DNA from: Bacteroidales bacterium
GTDB lineage: Bacteria > Bacteroidota > Bacteroidia > Bacteroidales > CAIWKO01
DNA length: 20,000 bases
Direction: 5' to 3'
Assembly: GCA_035389045.1 (NCBI GenBank)
Contig: DAOORA010000019.1
Location: 48,898-68,897 of the forward strand
Shown: one piece after another, positions 7,271 to 16,334 of the stretch
How positions within the stretch are numbered: position 1 is the first letter of the stretch
Layout of the letters: every line of letters begins with the position of its first letter
Made by a program: the position numbers and the translations under genes
The notes under the pieces: model-generated
Databases searched by the model: none
What the model was told of the DNA's origin: nothing
What the model saw: the letters and a program-made list of their open reading frames with translations, nothing else

Positions 7271-9163
7271 ATGTGCGGTATCTCAGGCATAATAGCTTTC
7301 AGCGAAACAGGAAGAAATTATCTGCAAAACATTCATGCTGCTGTTGCTGCTATGAAAACAAGGGGGCCTGATAATAATGGAGTTTATATCAACGGTAATG
7401 TAGCTTTCGGCCATAACAGACTTTCCGTTATTGATGTTTCCGATGCTGCATCACAACCCTTTACGGATGAATCAGGAAGATATACCATCGTTTTTAACGG
7501 AGAGTTTTTTAATTTCAAATCCCATCGTGATCAGCTCATTTCCCGGGGAATACAACTGAAGTCAACCAGCGATACGGAAGTGCTGTTGTATTTATATATG
7601 CTTGAAGGGACTGCCTGTCTTCAAAAAATAAACGGGTTCTTTGCCTTGGCTATTCATGATAAGCATGAAGATACTGTTTTTATTGCTCGCGACCGCATGG
7701 GCGTCAAACCTTTGTTAATATATAAAGATCGGGACAAACTGTGCTTTGCTTCCGAAATGAAAGCCCTGTTTGCAATGCAGATACCTAAGCAACTAGACAG
7801 GGTGTCATTGCATGCTTATATGCAAATGAATTACATACCCGCCAATTTCACAATGATTAGCCATGTCGTAAAACTGGAACCGGGAAATTATCTGATGGTG
7901 AGGAAAAATTCAGCGGAACAGAAACAATATTATGCGATGCCTTATTCTCCTGGCCAGACAGATGCAAAGGCCGATTATGATACCTCCTGTAAGCGTGTGA
8001 AACAGCTGTTACTTGAATCCGTTGAAAAAAGAATGATTTCGGATGTTCCTCTTGGCGCTTTTCTCAGCGGAGGTGTCGACTCTTCTGTAATAGTGGCTCT
8101 TGCATCGCAATTCACAAAACAGTTAAACACATTTTCTATCGGGTTCAGGGATGAACCTTTTTTTGATGAAACCCGTTATGCACAAATTGTTGCAAATAAA
8201 TTTAACACCAGCCATACTGTTTTTTCTCTTACCCAGGATGATCTTTTGGCTGTTTTGTTTGATGTGCTTGATTATGTTGACGATCCTTTCGCTGATTCTT
8301 CAGCTATTGCAGTTTATTTGCTGAGCAGGGAAACCCGGAAGTTTGTTACTGTGGCCTTATCGGGAGATGGAGCCGATGAACTTTTCGGAGGATATCTGAA
8401 ACATACAGGTGAATATAAGATCAGGATGGCAGGACCACCGGAAAAACTTCTGAAATACTGTTTGCCATTGATTAACAGGCTTCCGCAGTCGCGAAATTCT
8501 GCTTTTTCCAATAAAGTACGGCAGATTGCAAAATATGCCAACGGACTGAAACTCTCAGATCGGGAACGTTACTGGCGGTGGTGTTCTTTTATTTCCGAAG
8601 AAGATGCCGGGCACATCATTTTAAAAAAGATCGACATTGACGAATATCTGGAACGTAAGAATACTATTTTAAAAAATATTACCTGTAAGGGAAGTATGAA
8701 TGATGTTTTGTTTGCCGATATGAAACATGTGCTGGTAAATGATATGCTGACCAAAGTTGATCTGATGTCAATGGCCAGTTCACTCGAAGTCAGAACACCC
8801 TTCCTTGATGTTGAACTTGTAAATTATGTTTTTTCACTGCCTGATTCATTCAAAGTTCAGGGAAACCTCAGGAAACGTATTTTACAGGATGCTTTTAAAG
8901 ACGATTTGCCGGCTGAAATATTTCACAGGGCGAAACATGGTTTTGAAGTTCCCTTATTAAAATGGTTCAGGAATGAGTTGTTTTCCATGATAAATGACGA
9001 CCTGCTTCACGATGACTTTATTGCCGGACAGGGCATATTCAGTGTTGCTGAAACAAAAAAACTCAAAACTCGTTTACAGTCTAATAATCCAGGCGATGTT
9101 CATGCTCAGATATGGGGATTATTGGTTTTTCAATATTGGTGGAAAAAGTATTTTGCAAATTAA
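7271..9163 (+). CDS. asnB: Asparagine synthase (glutamine-hydrolysing) family amidotransferase
   Basis: It begins MCGI (Ntn cysteine) and contains RGPD, GHNRLSVID, FNGE, SDTEV, LSGGVDSS, LSGDGADELFGGY and EVRTPFLD. Confidence 0.93.
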   Translation: MCGISGIIAFSETGRNYLQNIHAAVAAMKTRGPDNNGVYINGNVAFGHNRLSVIDVSDAASQPFTDESGRYTIVFNGEFFNFKSHRDQLISRGIQLKSTSDTEVLLYLYMLEGTACLQKINGFFALAIHDKHEDTVFIARDRMGVKPLLIYKDRDKLCFASEMKALFAMQIPKQLDRVSLHAYMQMNYIPANFTMISHVVKLEPGNYLMVRKNSAEQKQYYAMPYSPGQTDAKADYDTSCKRVKQLLLESVEKRMISDVPLGAFLSGGVDSSVIVALASQFTKQLNTFSIGFRDEPFFDETRYAQIVANKFNTSHTVFSLTQDDLLAVLFDVLDYVDDPFADSSAIAVYLLSRETRKFVTVALSGDGADELFGGYLKHTGEYKIRMAGPPEKLLKYCLPLINRLPQSRNSAFSNKVRQIAKYANGLKLSDRERYWRWCSFISEEDAGHIILKKIDIDEYLERKNTILKNITCKGSMNDVLFADMKHVLVNDMLTKVDLMSMASSLEVRTPFLDVELVNYVFSLPDSFKVQGNLRKRILQDAFKDDLPAEIFHRAKHGFEVPLLKWFRNELFSMINDDLLHDDFIAGQGIFSVAETKKLKTRLQSNNPGDVHAQIWGLLVFQYWWKKYFAN

Positions 9164-9172
9164 ACTGATGTT

Positions 9173-10357
9173 ATGCCTAGAGTATTAAGGATCATCAACC
9201 GTTTTAACCTCGGCGGGCCGACATACAACGCTGCCTATCTTACACGATATATGTCGCCTGAATTTCAGACCTTGCTGGTTGGTGGCATGAAAGACGAAAC
9301 GGAAGAAAACTCTGAATTTATTGTCCGTAATCTTGGAATTGTTCCTGTGATTATTCCTGAAATGCGCCGCTCCATAAACCCGGTTCAGGATGCTGTTGCA
9401 TTAAAAAGATTAATTTCTATCATTGGGGATTTCAGGCCTGATATTGTACATACTCATGCTTCTAAGGCCGGAGCTTTGGGTCGCAGGGCGGCACACAGGA
9501 TGAACGTTCCGGTGATTATTCATACTTTTCACGGCCATGTTTTTGATGCTTACTTCAGTGGCATTAAATCCCATATCTACCAGCATATTGAGAGAGTGCT
9601 TGCTAAAAAATCAACAAAGATCATTGCTCTGAGCGAAATTCAAAAATTTGATCTTGTGCATAAATATAAGATTTGCCCCGAAGAAAAAGTAAGGGTGATA
9701 CCGCTCGGATTTGACTTAAGTCGTTTCAGGGATAGTATGGACGAAAAAAGAATAAAGTTTCGTAAAGATCATTTGCTTGATGATGATGAAATAGCTGTCG
9801 GAATTATCGGGCGTATAGTCCCGATAAAAAATCACACCCTTTTTCTGGAAGGAATTAAATATATCACAGAGCAATCAGGAAAAAAGATCAGGGCATTCAT
9901 TGTGGGCGACGGCGAAGATAAAAATAAGGTGCGGGAAAAATGTCATGCCCTCGGCCTGAGTTGTGTTGATTTTACTGCTGAGAAAAGAAAAGCTGCCGTA
10001 ACCTTTACTTCCTGGATAAAAGATGTTGATTGTGTCAATGCAGGATTGGACATCGTTTCTCTTACCTCATTAAATGAAGGTACTCCCGTGAGCCTTATCG
10101 AAGCCCAGGCATCTGGAAAACCAATAATAACTACAAATGTAGGGGGTATTGAGAATATTGTGATCCCGGGGCAGACGGCATTACTGTCGGATATTGGCAT
10201 TGCAGATTATCGGAATAAGTTAATGAAACTTGTTTTGGACGAAACCATGAGGAGAAATTTCGGTAATGCCGGATGGAATTTTGTTAATCAAAAATTTTCA
10301 TATTTGCGTTTGGTCAATGATATGAAAAAATTATATTATGAATTATTGGCTATGTAA
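9173..10357 (+). CDS. Glycosyltransferase family 4 (GT-B fold)
   Basis: It contains PDIVHTHASKAG, HTFHGH, GRIVPIKNH and the S..EG.P..L.EA motif (SLNEGTPVSLIEAQASGKP). Confidence 0.92.
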   Translation: MPRVLRIINRFNLGGPTYNAAYLTRYMSPEFQTLLVGGMKDETEENSEFIVRNLGIVPVIIPEMRRSINPVQDAVALKRLISIIGDFRPDIVHTHASKAGALGRRAAHRMNVPVIIHTFHGHVFDAYFSGIKSHIYQHIERVLAKKSTKIIALSEIQKFDLVHKYKICPEEKVRVIPLGFDLSRFRDSMDEKRIKFRKDHLLDDDEIAVGIIGRIVPIKNHTLFLEGIKYITEQSGKKIRAFIVGDGEDKNKVREKCHALGLSCVDFTAEKRKAAVTFTSWIKDVDCVNAGLDIVSLTSLNEGTPVSLIEAQASGKPIITTNVGGIENIVIPGQTALLSDIGIADYRNKLMKLVLDETMRRNFGNAGWNFVNQKFSYLRLVNDMKKLYYELLAM

Positions 10358-10375
10358 CTTACGGGTGGAAATTAT

Positions 10376-10383
10376 TAAATTTG
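10376..10383 (+). promoter_or_regulatory. Putative -7 promoter element (TAAATTTG) upstream of wza
   Basis: Matches TAnnTTTG in the 39-nt gap between the GT4 gene and wza. Confidence 0.45.
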
Positions 10384-10396
10384 TAAAAAATTTAAA

Positions 10397-11137
10397 ATGA
10401 AACGCTTAATATATTTATTGGTTCTGGTAATATTTGTTTCGGGGTGCAGGGTTTTTACTCCTTATCAGATGCTGCGGCAGGGAGATTATCCTGTTTCAGA
10501 ATTCCCCGACTCCTTAAAAACCCGGGAGTATATCATTGCCCCCAATGATGAGCTTCAGATAAATCTCTTCACCAAAAATGGGGAACAGATCATTGACCCG
10601 CTGCGTTCAACGAGTGCCAGCAGTGGCGCCGATATAAAATATACCGTTGAATTTGACGGGCAGATAAAACTGCCGATCCTTAACAGAAAACAAATAGCCG
10701 GGAATACTATCCGTGAAGCGGAAAAATTGCTGGAAGACTTATATACCCCTTATTTCAACGAACCTTTTGTGCAGATTAAAGTTACCAATAACCGGGTTAC
10801 CATCTTTCCCGGCGGGCAGGGCAGTCAGGCAACGGTACTCACGCTGGATAATTCTAATACTACTCTTTTTGAAGCCCTGGCCAAAGCTGGCGGAATTACA
10901 GATGGCAAAGCCCATAAAATCAAACTTATTAGAGGAGACCTGAAAAATCCTCAGGTTTATTTTATTGATCTCTCTACTATCGAAGGAATGACAAAGGCCA
11001 ATCTTATATTACAGGCCAACGATATTATTTATGTTCAGCCACGCAACAAAATACCTCAGAAGATATTGGAAAATGTTGCTCCGTATTTGTCTTTGTTTGC
11101 AACCTTTTTAACAATTTATGCACTTTTCGTAAAATAA
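10397..11137 (+). CDS. wza: Polysaccharide export lipoprotein (Wza/OPX family)
   Basis: It has the lipobox VSG-C, a Poly_export motif (YIIAPNDELQI...DGQIKLP) and an SLBB segment (TLFEALAKAGG, LQANDIIYV). It is adjacent to wzc. Confidence 0.88.
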   Translation: MKRLIYLLVLVIFVSGCRVFTPYQMLRQGDYPVSEFPDSLKTREYIIAPNDELQINLFTKNGEQIIDPLRSTSASSGADIKYTVEFDGQIKLPILNRKQIAGNTIREAEKLLEDLYTPYFNEPFVQIKVTNNRVTIFPGGQGSQATVLTLDNSNTTLFEALAKAGGITDGKAHKIKLIRGDLKNPQVYFIDLSTIEGMTKANLILQANDIIYVQPRNKIPQKILENVAPYLSLFATFLTIYALFVK

Positions 11138-11141
11138 AACA

Positions 11142-13640
11142 ATGGATAGAAAGAAAAAAATATCTCTGATAAATGATGAGATTGATTTAAAATTATTCTT
11201 TTATATTTTTAAAAAAAACTTTTATTATCCTTTGATTTTTGTGTTACTTGCCCTGATAGGTGCATTCCTGTATATACGATATACCCTCCCGGTTTACGAA
11301 TCAAAAAGCATTATTCAGATTGATAGAAATGAAGAAGCACGTAGTCTGTTTGCCAATCCTTTGATGCAAACGGATGAAGATAACTTCCTGACAAAAAAGA
11401 TGGAAATTATCAAATCCTACACTTTTATTCAACGGATTGCTAATAAACTACCGCTTGCTGTTTCTTATTTCAGCAAAGGAACAGTACTTGATTATGAACA
11501 TTATAGAAATTCTCCTTTTAATGTTAGTATCAAAGTGAAGAATTCTGCTATATATGGTGTTCCGATAAATGTAAGTTTTTCCGACAACTCAAAAATTGCT
11601 ATCTCCTACAAGCTGGATGGGTTACCTGAACAACAAAAGCTAATCAACATAAATGAGCAGGCTGTTTTGCCGGATTTCGACATTACTTTCGTTTCTGTCA
11701 ATTATAAACGTATCAAAGAAAAAGAGGATTTTCTCGCTGGAGATAAATATTTTTTTGTAGTCAACAACCCTCAGAGTATTGTTCCCGGAATAATATCAAA
11801 ACTCCAGGTAAATATTCTCAATCAGGCTGCAAATACCATTCTTATTCAGTACAATGATAATTGTGCAGAGAAGGCAACCGACATAGTCAACACCATTGCC
11901 GAAGAATTTCAGAGCTACGACATCGAAAAACAGGCACAGAGCGCTGATAAAATGTTGAAGTATATTGATGACAGGATGGGAATCATTTATGATACTCTTG
12001 TAAAATCACAGAGTGATATTATAGGCTTCATGAGGGCCAACAATATTGATTCATCCGACAATAAACCCTTGCCATCCCTGACTTCTAGACTCAATGATTA
12101 TCAAAACCAGATCGTGACTCTTGAACTGGAATCCAACAAGTTGCAGGAAATAGAAAATAATATCAAAGCCTCCGATAAATCTGATCTTACCCGGCTGATC
12201 GTGCTGACAGCTGGCAGTGAATTCAAAGGTTCCATATCCGGTATGCTCAACACCCTTCAGGATCTGATTATCAGCCGTGAAAAATTATTGTATAACCTTA
12301 CCGAAAACAGCGGACAAATAAAAGAACTGGATTATCAGATCGGCGTGCAGAAAAAACTTATTATTGAAAGTATTAAATATCTGAATGATAATATTACTGA
12401 TCGCAAGAAAGAAATAACTGAAAAAATTGATTTGTATGAAAATATGTTGCAGGTAAAAGACCAAAACTATAATTCAGTGGATTTGGCAAGCCTGCAGAGG
12501 ATTTATTCCATTAATGAACGATACTATACTCAGTTGGTTGATAAAAAAGCAGAGTATTCCCTGGCTAAAGCAGGTTATGTGTCGCAGAATACCATCTTAC
12601 AACGGTCGGCGGTTGCTACTGAACCAATTTCTCCCCAAAAAAACAATGTATACTTATTCTCAGTATTGGTTTCTTTGTTATTGGGTTTAATAATCATTAT
12701 TGCAAAGTATGTTGTGTTTGATAATATATTAAATCTTAATGATATTGTTAAACATACAGATATTCCGATTATCGGGCTGGTTCCCAAGTATGAATTAAAA
12801 ATCCCTGTTTCTCAACTCATTGTTGATGACCATCCCAGATCCATTGTTGCTGAAGCATTACGTTCCATTCGAACCAATCTGCAGTTTCTGAACAATGAAC
12901 CGGGCTCAAAAATTGTCGCTCTTTCATCTACGGTTTCCGGCGAGGGAAAAACATTTGTGGCTATTAATCTTGCCGGTGTTATTGCTTTTTCTAACAAGAA
13001 AGTGCTGGTGATAGACATGGATTTGCGAAAGCCTAAAATCCATATAGGCTTTGGTGTGGGTAACAACAAGGGAATGAGTACGATCCTCTCAAAAAAAACC
13101 GATATAAATAATTGTATCAACCATAGTTCTGTTGAAAACCTCGATTTTATCACTGCCGGACCGGTTCCTCCCAATCCTTCCGAATTGATATTCAGCCAGG
13201 AAACAGATACTATCCTGGCCTTTCTTAAGACGAAATATGATTTCATTATTATTGATACTCCGCCGGTCGGCATGGTCACCGACGGAATTAAAGCAATGTC
13301 CGTTGCGGATTATCCCCTTTATATTATCAAGGCAAATTATTCAAAAAGGTATTATATTCTCGATCTTGAACGCATGGTGGAAGACAGCAAACTGAAACAT
13401 ATATCAATAATTTTAAATGCTGCTATACCGTTGAGCATGGCATACCGGTACGGAAAAAAATATCATGGGATCAACAAAAGTTTCAGTTACGGCTATGGCT
13501 ATGGATATGGTTATGGTTACGGTTATGGATATAACATTGATGAAGAGGATGATGGATCCGGTGATAGAAAAAACGGTCAAAAAGTTAAGAGGTCTTTTAT
13601 TGGTAAAATTCTTGGTTTTTTTAGATTAAACAGTAAATAA
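11142..13640 (+). CDS. wzc: Polysaccharide co-polymerase / BY tyrosine autokinase (Wzc family)
   Basis: Two TM segments flank a large periplasmic domain. The kinase part has EALRSIRTNL, Walker A SGEGKT, A' DMDLRKP, Walker B IIIDTPP and a C-terminal Tyr cluster. Confidence 0.93.
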   Translation: MDRKKKISLINDEIDLKLFFYIFKKNFYYPLIFVLLALIGAFLYIRYTLPVYESKSIIQIDRNEEARSLFANPLMQTDEDNFLTKKMEIIKSYTFIQRIANKLPLAVSYFSKGTVLDYEHYRNSPFNVSIKVKNSAIYGVPINVSFSDNSKIAISYKLDGLPEQQKLININEQAVLPDFDITFVSVNYKRIKEKEDFLAGDKYFFVVNNPQSIVPGIISKLQVNILNQAANTILIQYNDNCAEKATDIVNTIAEEFQSYDIEKQAQSADKMLKYIDDRMGIIYDTLVKSQSDIIGFMRANNIDSSDNKPLPSLTSRLNDYQNQIVTLELESNKLQEIENNIKASDKSDLTRLIVLTAGSEFKGSISGMLNTLQDLIISREKLLYNLTENSGQIKELDYQIGVQKKLIIESIKYLNDNITDRKKEITEKIDLYENMLQVKDQNYNSVDLASLQRIYSINERYYTQLVDKKAEYSLAKAGYVSQNTILQRSAVATEPISPQKNNVYLFSVLVSLLLGLIIIIAKYVVFDNILNLNDIVKHTDIPIIGLVPKYELKIPVSQLIVDDHPRSIVAEALRSIRTNLQFLNNEPGSKIVALSSTVSGEGKTFVAINLAGVIAFSNKKVLVIDMDLRKPKIHIGFGVGNNKGMSTILSKKTDINNCINHSSVENLDFITAGPVPPNPSELIFSQETDTILAFLKTKYDFIIIDTPPVGMVTDGIKAMSVADYPLYIIKANYSKRYYILDLERMVEDSKLKHISIILNAAIPLSMAYRYGKKYHGINKSFSYGYGYGYGYGYGYGYNIDEEDDGSGDRKNGQKVKRSFIGKILGFFRLNSK
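13488..13532 (+). repeat. Degenerate 6-bp tandem repeat (TAYGGN)7+TAT encoding the (YG)7Y tyrosine cluster of Wzc
   Basis: The sequence reads tac ggc tat ggc tat gga tat ggt tat ggt tac ggt tat gga tat. Confidence 0.9.
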
Positions 13641-14191
13641 TGAAAAAAATACCGACAGCAATACCTGATGTTTTCGTTATAGAACCCGATGTTTTTGAAG
13701 ATAACAGAGGCTATTTTTTTGAAACCTATAATCAGCAGAAATATGCTGAACTTGGACTAAATGATAAATTTGTACAGGATAATGAATCGTTGTCTGCAAA
13801 AAATGTACTTCGCGGACTGCATTTTCAGAAACCACCCTACGAGCAGGGTAAACTGGTAAGGGTGATTAGGGGAGGCGTTCTTGATGTTGCGGTGGATATA
13901 CGGAAAAATTCTCCGTTTTTTGGTAAATGGGTTTCACAGGAACTTACTGAGCAAAATAAATTGCTGATGTGGATACCACCGGGTTTTGCTCATGGCTTCG
14001 TCACGCTTTTTGATTGCACTGTTTTTTCTTATAAATGTACCGGCTTTTATAACCATGCTTCGGAACAGGTTCTGCTCTGGAACGATACAGATATTGGTGT
14101 CAACTGGATGATTAATAACCCTGTCTTGTCTGAACGGGATAAATCAGGAATGCCTTTGAATAAATTTTGTACTCCATTCATTTACAAGTAA
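13640..14191 (+). CDS. rfbC: dTDP-4-dehydrorhamnose 3,5-epimerase
   Basis: It contains DNRGYFFE, FVQDNES, VLRGLHFQ, DVAVDIR and PPGFAHGF. Its start overlaps the wzc stop (TAATG). Confidence 0.95.
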   Translation: MKKIPTAIPDVFVIEPDVFEDNRGYFFETYNQQKYAELGLNDKFVQDNESLSAKNVLRGLHFQKPPYEQGKLVRVIRGGVLDVAVDIRKNSPFFGKWVSQELTEQNKLLMWIPPGFAHGFVTLFDCTVFSYKCTGFYNHASEQVLLWNDTDIGVNWMINNPVLSERDKSGMPLNKFCTPFIYK

Positions 14192-14200
14192 ATTATTTAG

Positions 14201-14208
14201 TACTTTTG
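14201..14208 (+). promoter_or_regulatory. Putative -7 promoter element (TACTTTTG) upstream of the WecA/MraY-like gene
   Basis: Matches TAnnTTTG in the 36-nt intergenic gap, 19 nt before the GTG start. Confidence 0.55.
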
Positions 14209-14227
14209 CGGGCTAAAATTTTTTAAT

Positions 14228-15310
14228 GTGGAAAAAGAAGAAATATATTCATTGATAGCCTATTTTTCTTTTTTTATTGTTTCGTTTTTTTTTGCTATCC
14301 TTATCAACCGCATATTGGTTACTTTTTCCAGAAATTTAGGGGCAAGAAGCGATGCCGATAATCAGATCCGGTGGAATACCAGAGCAAAGCCTTCTTTCGG
14401 AGGCATGTCTTTTTATATTATTTTTTTACTTTCAGTAACGGCACTGGCTTTTTTTTTCCAGGAAAACAGTTTGTTCCATAACTATAAATTGCTTGGAATA
14501 ATAAGCGCCACCACGCTGGGATTTGTGATGGGGCTATTTGACGATGCATATAATACAAGGGTATATATTAAACTAATTTCCCAGATTTTATGTGGTGTCA
14601 TTTTAATTTATACAGATACATATATTTCTTTATTTGAAAATGACTACCTGAATTATGTTTTCACTGTTCTTTGGGTAGTTGGTATCATGAATTCAATTAA
14701 TATGCTGGACAATATGGATGCAATTTCGACCCTGGTAGCCATCTTTATTTTTTCAGGCATTTTTATTGAAAATATGCTTTCCGGTGGCCTCGGAAATAAT
14801 ATTAATATTATTATTATCGGCATTTATTCTGCTCTGGTAGGTTTCTTATTTTTTAACTGGCCGCCATCAAAAATGTACATGGGCGACACCGGAAGTCAGT
14901 TTTTAGGAGTTCTTCTGGCTGCGTTCGGCATTGTTTTTATTTGGAATTATAAGGAAAGTGACCTTAATGAAATACCAACCAAACAAGTATGTGCGGTTAT
15001 TCTTTTCTTTGCTTTGCCAATCATTGATACAACTACCGTTTCCATAAAACGGATTCTCAGAGGCAAATCACCGTTCATCGGCGGTAAGGATCATACCACA
15101 CATCATTTATCTTATCTGGGTCTGACCGAAAAGCAGGTTGCAGTTGTATATGCCGTGCTTTCAGGGATTTCAATGATTCTTGGACTTGTATGCCTCAATA
15201 TAAAAGCCTGGAATCATTATTATACTATGGGTTTTGCAGCATATTTTCTTATCTTGTTTTCAGTCCTTTTTTATATAGCTAATATTAATAAGGAGAGAAG
15301 TCTGGACTGA
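14228..15310 (+). CDS. Undecaprenyl-phosphate alpha-N-acetylglucosaminyl 1-phosphate transferase (WecA/TagO, MraY superfamily)
   Basis: A polytopic membrane protein with P.FGG, GLFDD, NSINMLDNMD, FNWPPSKMYMGDTGS and DHTTHHL motifs. It has a GTG start. Confidence 0.9.
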   Translation: MEKEEIYSLIAYFSFFIVSFFFAILINRILVTFSRNLGARSDADNQIRWNTRAKPSFGGMSFYIIFLLSVTALAFFFQENSLFHNYKLLGIISATTLGFVMGLFDDAYNTRVYIKLISQILCGVILIYTDTYISLFENDYLNYVFTVLWVVGIMNSINMLDNMDAISTLVAIFIFSGIFIENMLSGGLGNNINIIIIGIYSALVGFLFFNWPPSKMYMGDTGSQFLGVLLAAFGIVFIWNYKESDLNEIPTKQVCAVILFFALPIIDTTTVSIKRILRGKSPFIGGKDHTTHHLSYLGLTEKQVAVVYAVLSGISMILGLVCLNIKAWNHYYTMGFAAYFLILFSVLFYIANINKERSLD

Positions 15311-15311
15311 T

Positions 15312-16319
15312 ATGAAAAGGATCCTTGTTGTTTTTTTGGTTTTGGTGGCAGCTTTTCTACTGGTGGAATTATTTATTTTTTCAAAAAAAAATACCCCCGG
15401 TACACTCTCCGATAGCACCTATTTTGAAGCCGGCAAACGCTATTATAAAATATTTAATGTAAAAATACCTGACAGTCTTGCCTTTGCAGGTGAAAATGTT
15501 CCGCTTGACAAGTTTTATGTTCGGGAGGGGCTCGACCGCGAACTCCTTGTTAACTCTTACTGGCAGTCGAACACACTTTTATTATTGAAAAGATCCTTTC
15601 GTTTTTTCCCTTTGATTGATTCAATATTAGCCGCACACAAGGTGCCCTCAGATTTTAAGTATCTTGCCCTGATCGAAAGTGGCCTTGAAAATGTGGTGTC
15701 ACCGGCCGGAGCTGCAGGATTCTGGCAATTTCTCAAAACCACAGCTTCGTCTTACGGACTTACGGTCAACCAGGAAGTTGATGAGAGGTACGACCTTGAA
15801 AAATCTACTATAGCAGCCTGTAACTATCTTAAGGGCGCCTATCAGCATTTTCACAGCTGGACATTGGCTGCAGCATCTTATAATATGGGCCTTGCAGGAC
15901 TGGATGCGGTGATCGAAAATCAGAAAACTTCCAATTATTATGATCTGTATCTTAATAAGGAAACCCAGCGATATGTCTACAGGATTCTTGCCGTAAAGTT
16001 AATTTACCGGAATCCGGTTGGTTTTGGGTTTTATCTTCGCCACAGGGATCTGTATCCTCCCATACCGTTGTATTCTGTAATTGTTGATTCAGCGGTAGCC
16101 TGCTGGCCCGATTTTGCGCGGGAGAACAACTCCAATTACAGAATCCTGAAAGAACTGAATCCCTGGATAATAAAATATTCGTTTACCAATAAAGAAAATA
16201 AAATATATAAAGTGAAGTTCCCCAAACAGGGGTATGAGCAATATACGAAATTATTTTCGGAGACAAAACAGGAAGAGACCTTGTTTAATGATACGCTGAC
16301 CGTTGACCGGATAAGATAA
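15312..16319 (+). CDS. Lytic transglycosylase, SLT domain (MltD-like)
   Basis: It has an N-terminal hydrophobic anchor and the SLT motifs LALIESG (catalytic Glu), AGFWQF, AASYNMG and ETQRYV. Confidence 0.9.
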   Translation: MKRILVVFLVLVAAFLLVELFIFSKKNTPGTLSDSTYFEAGKRYYKIFNVKIPDSLAFAGENVPLDKFYVREGLDRELLVNSYWQSNTLLLLKRSFRFFPLIDSILAAHKVPSDFKYLALIESGLENVVSPAGAAGFWQFLKTTASSYGLTVNQEVDERYDLEKSTIAACNYLKGAYQHFHSWTLAAASYNMGLAGLDAVIENQKTSNYYDLYLNKETQRYVYRILAVKLIYRNPVGFGFYLRHRDLYPPIPLYSVIVDSAVACWPDFARENNSNYRILKELNPWIIKYSFTNKENKIYKVKFPKQGYEQYTKLFSETKQEETLFNDTLTVDRIR

Positions 16320-16334
16320 GAATTTTATCAGAAA

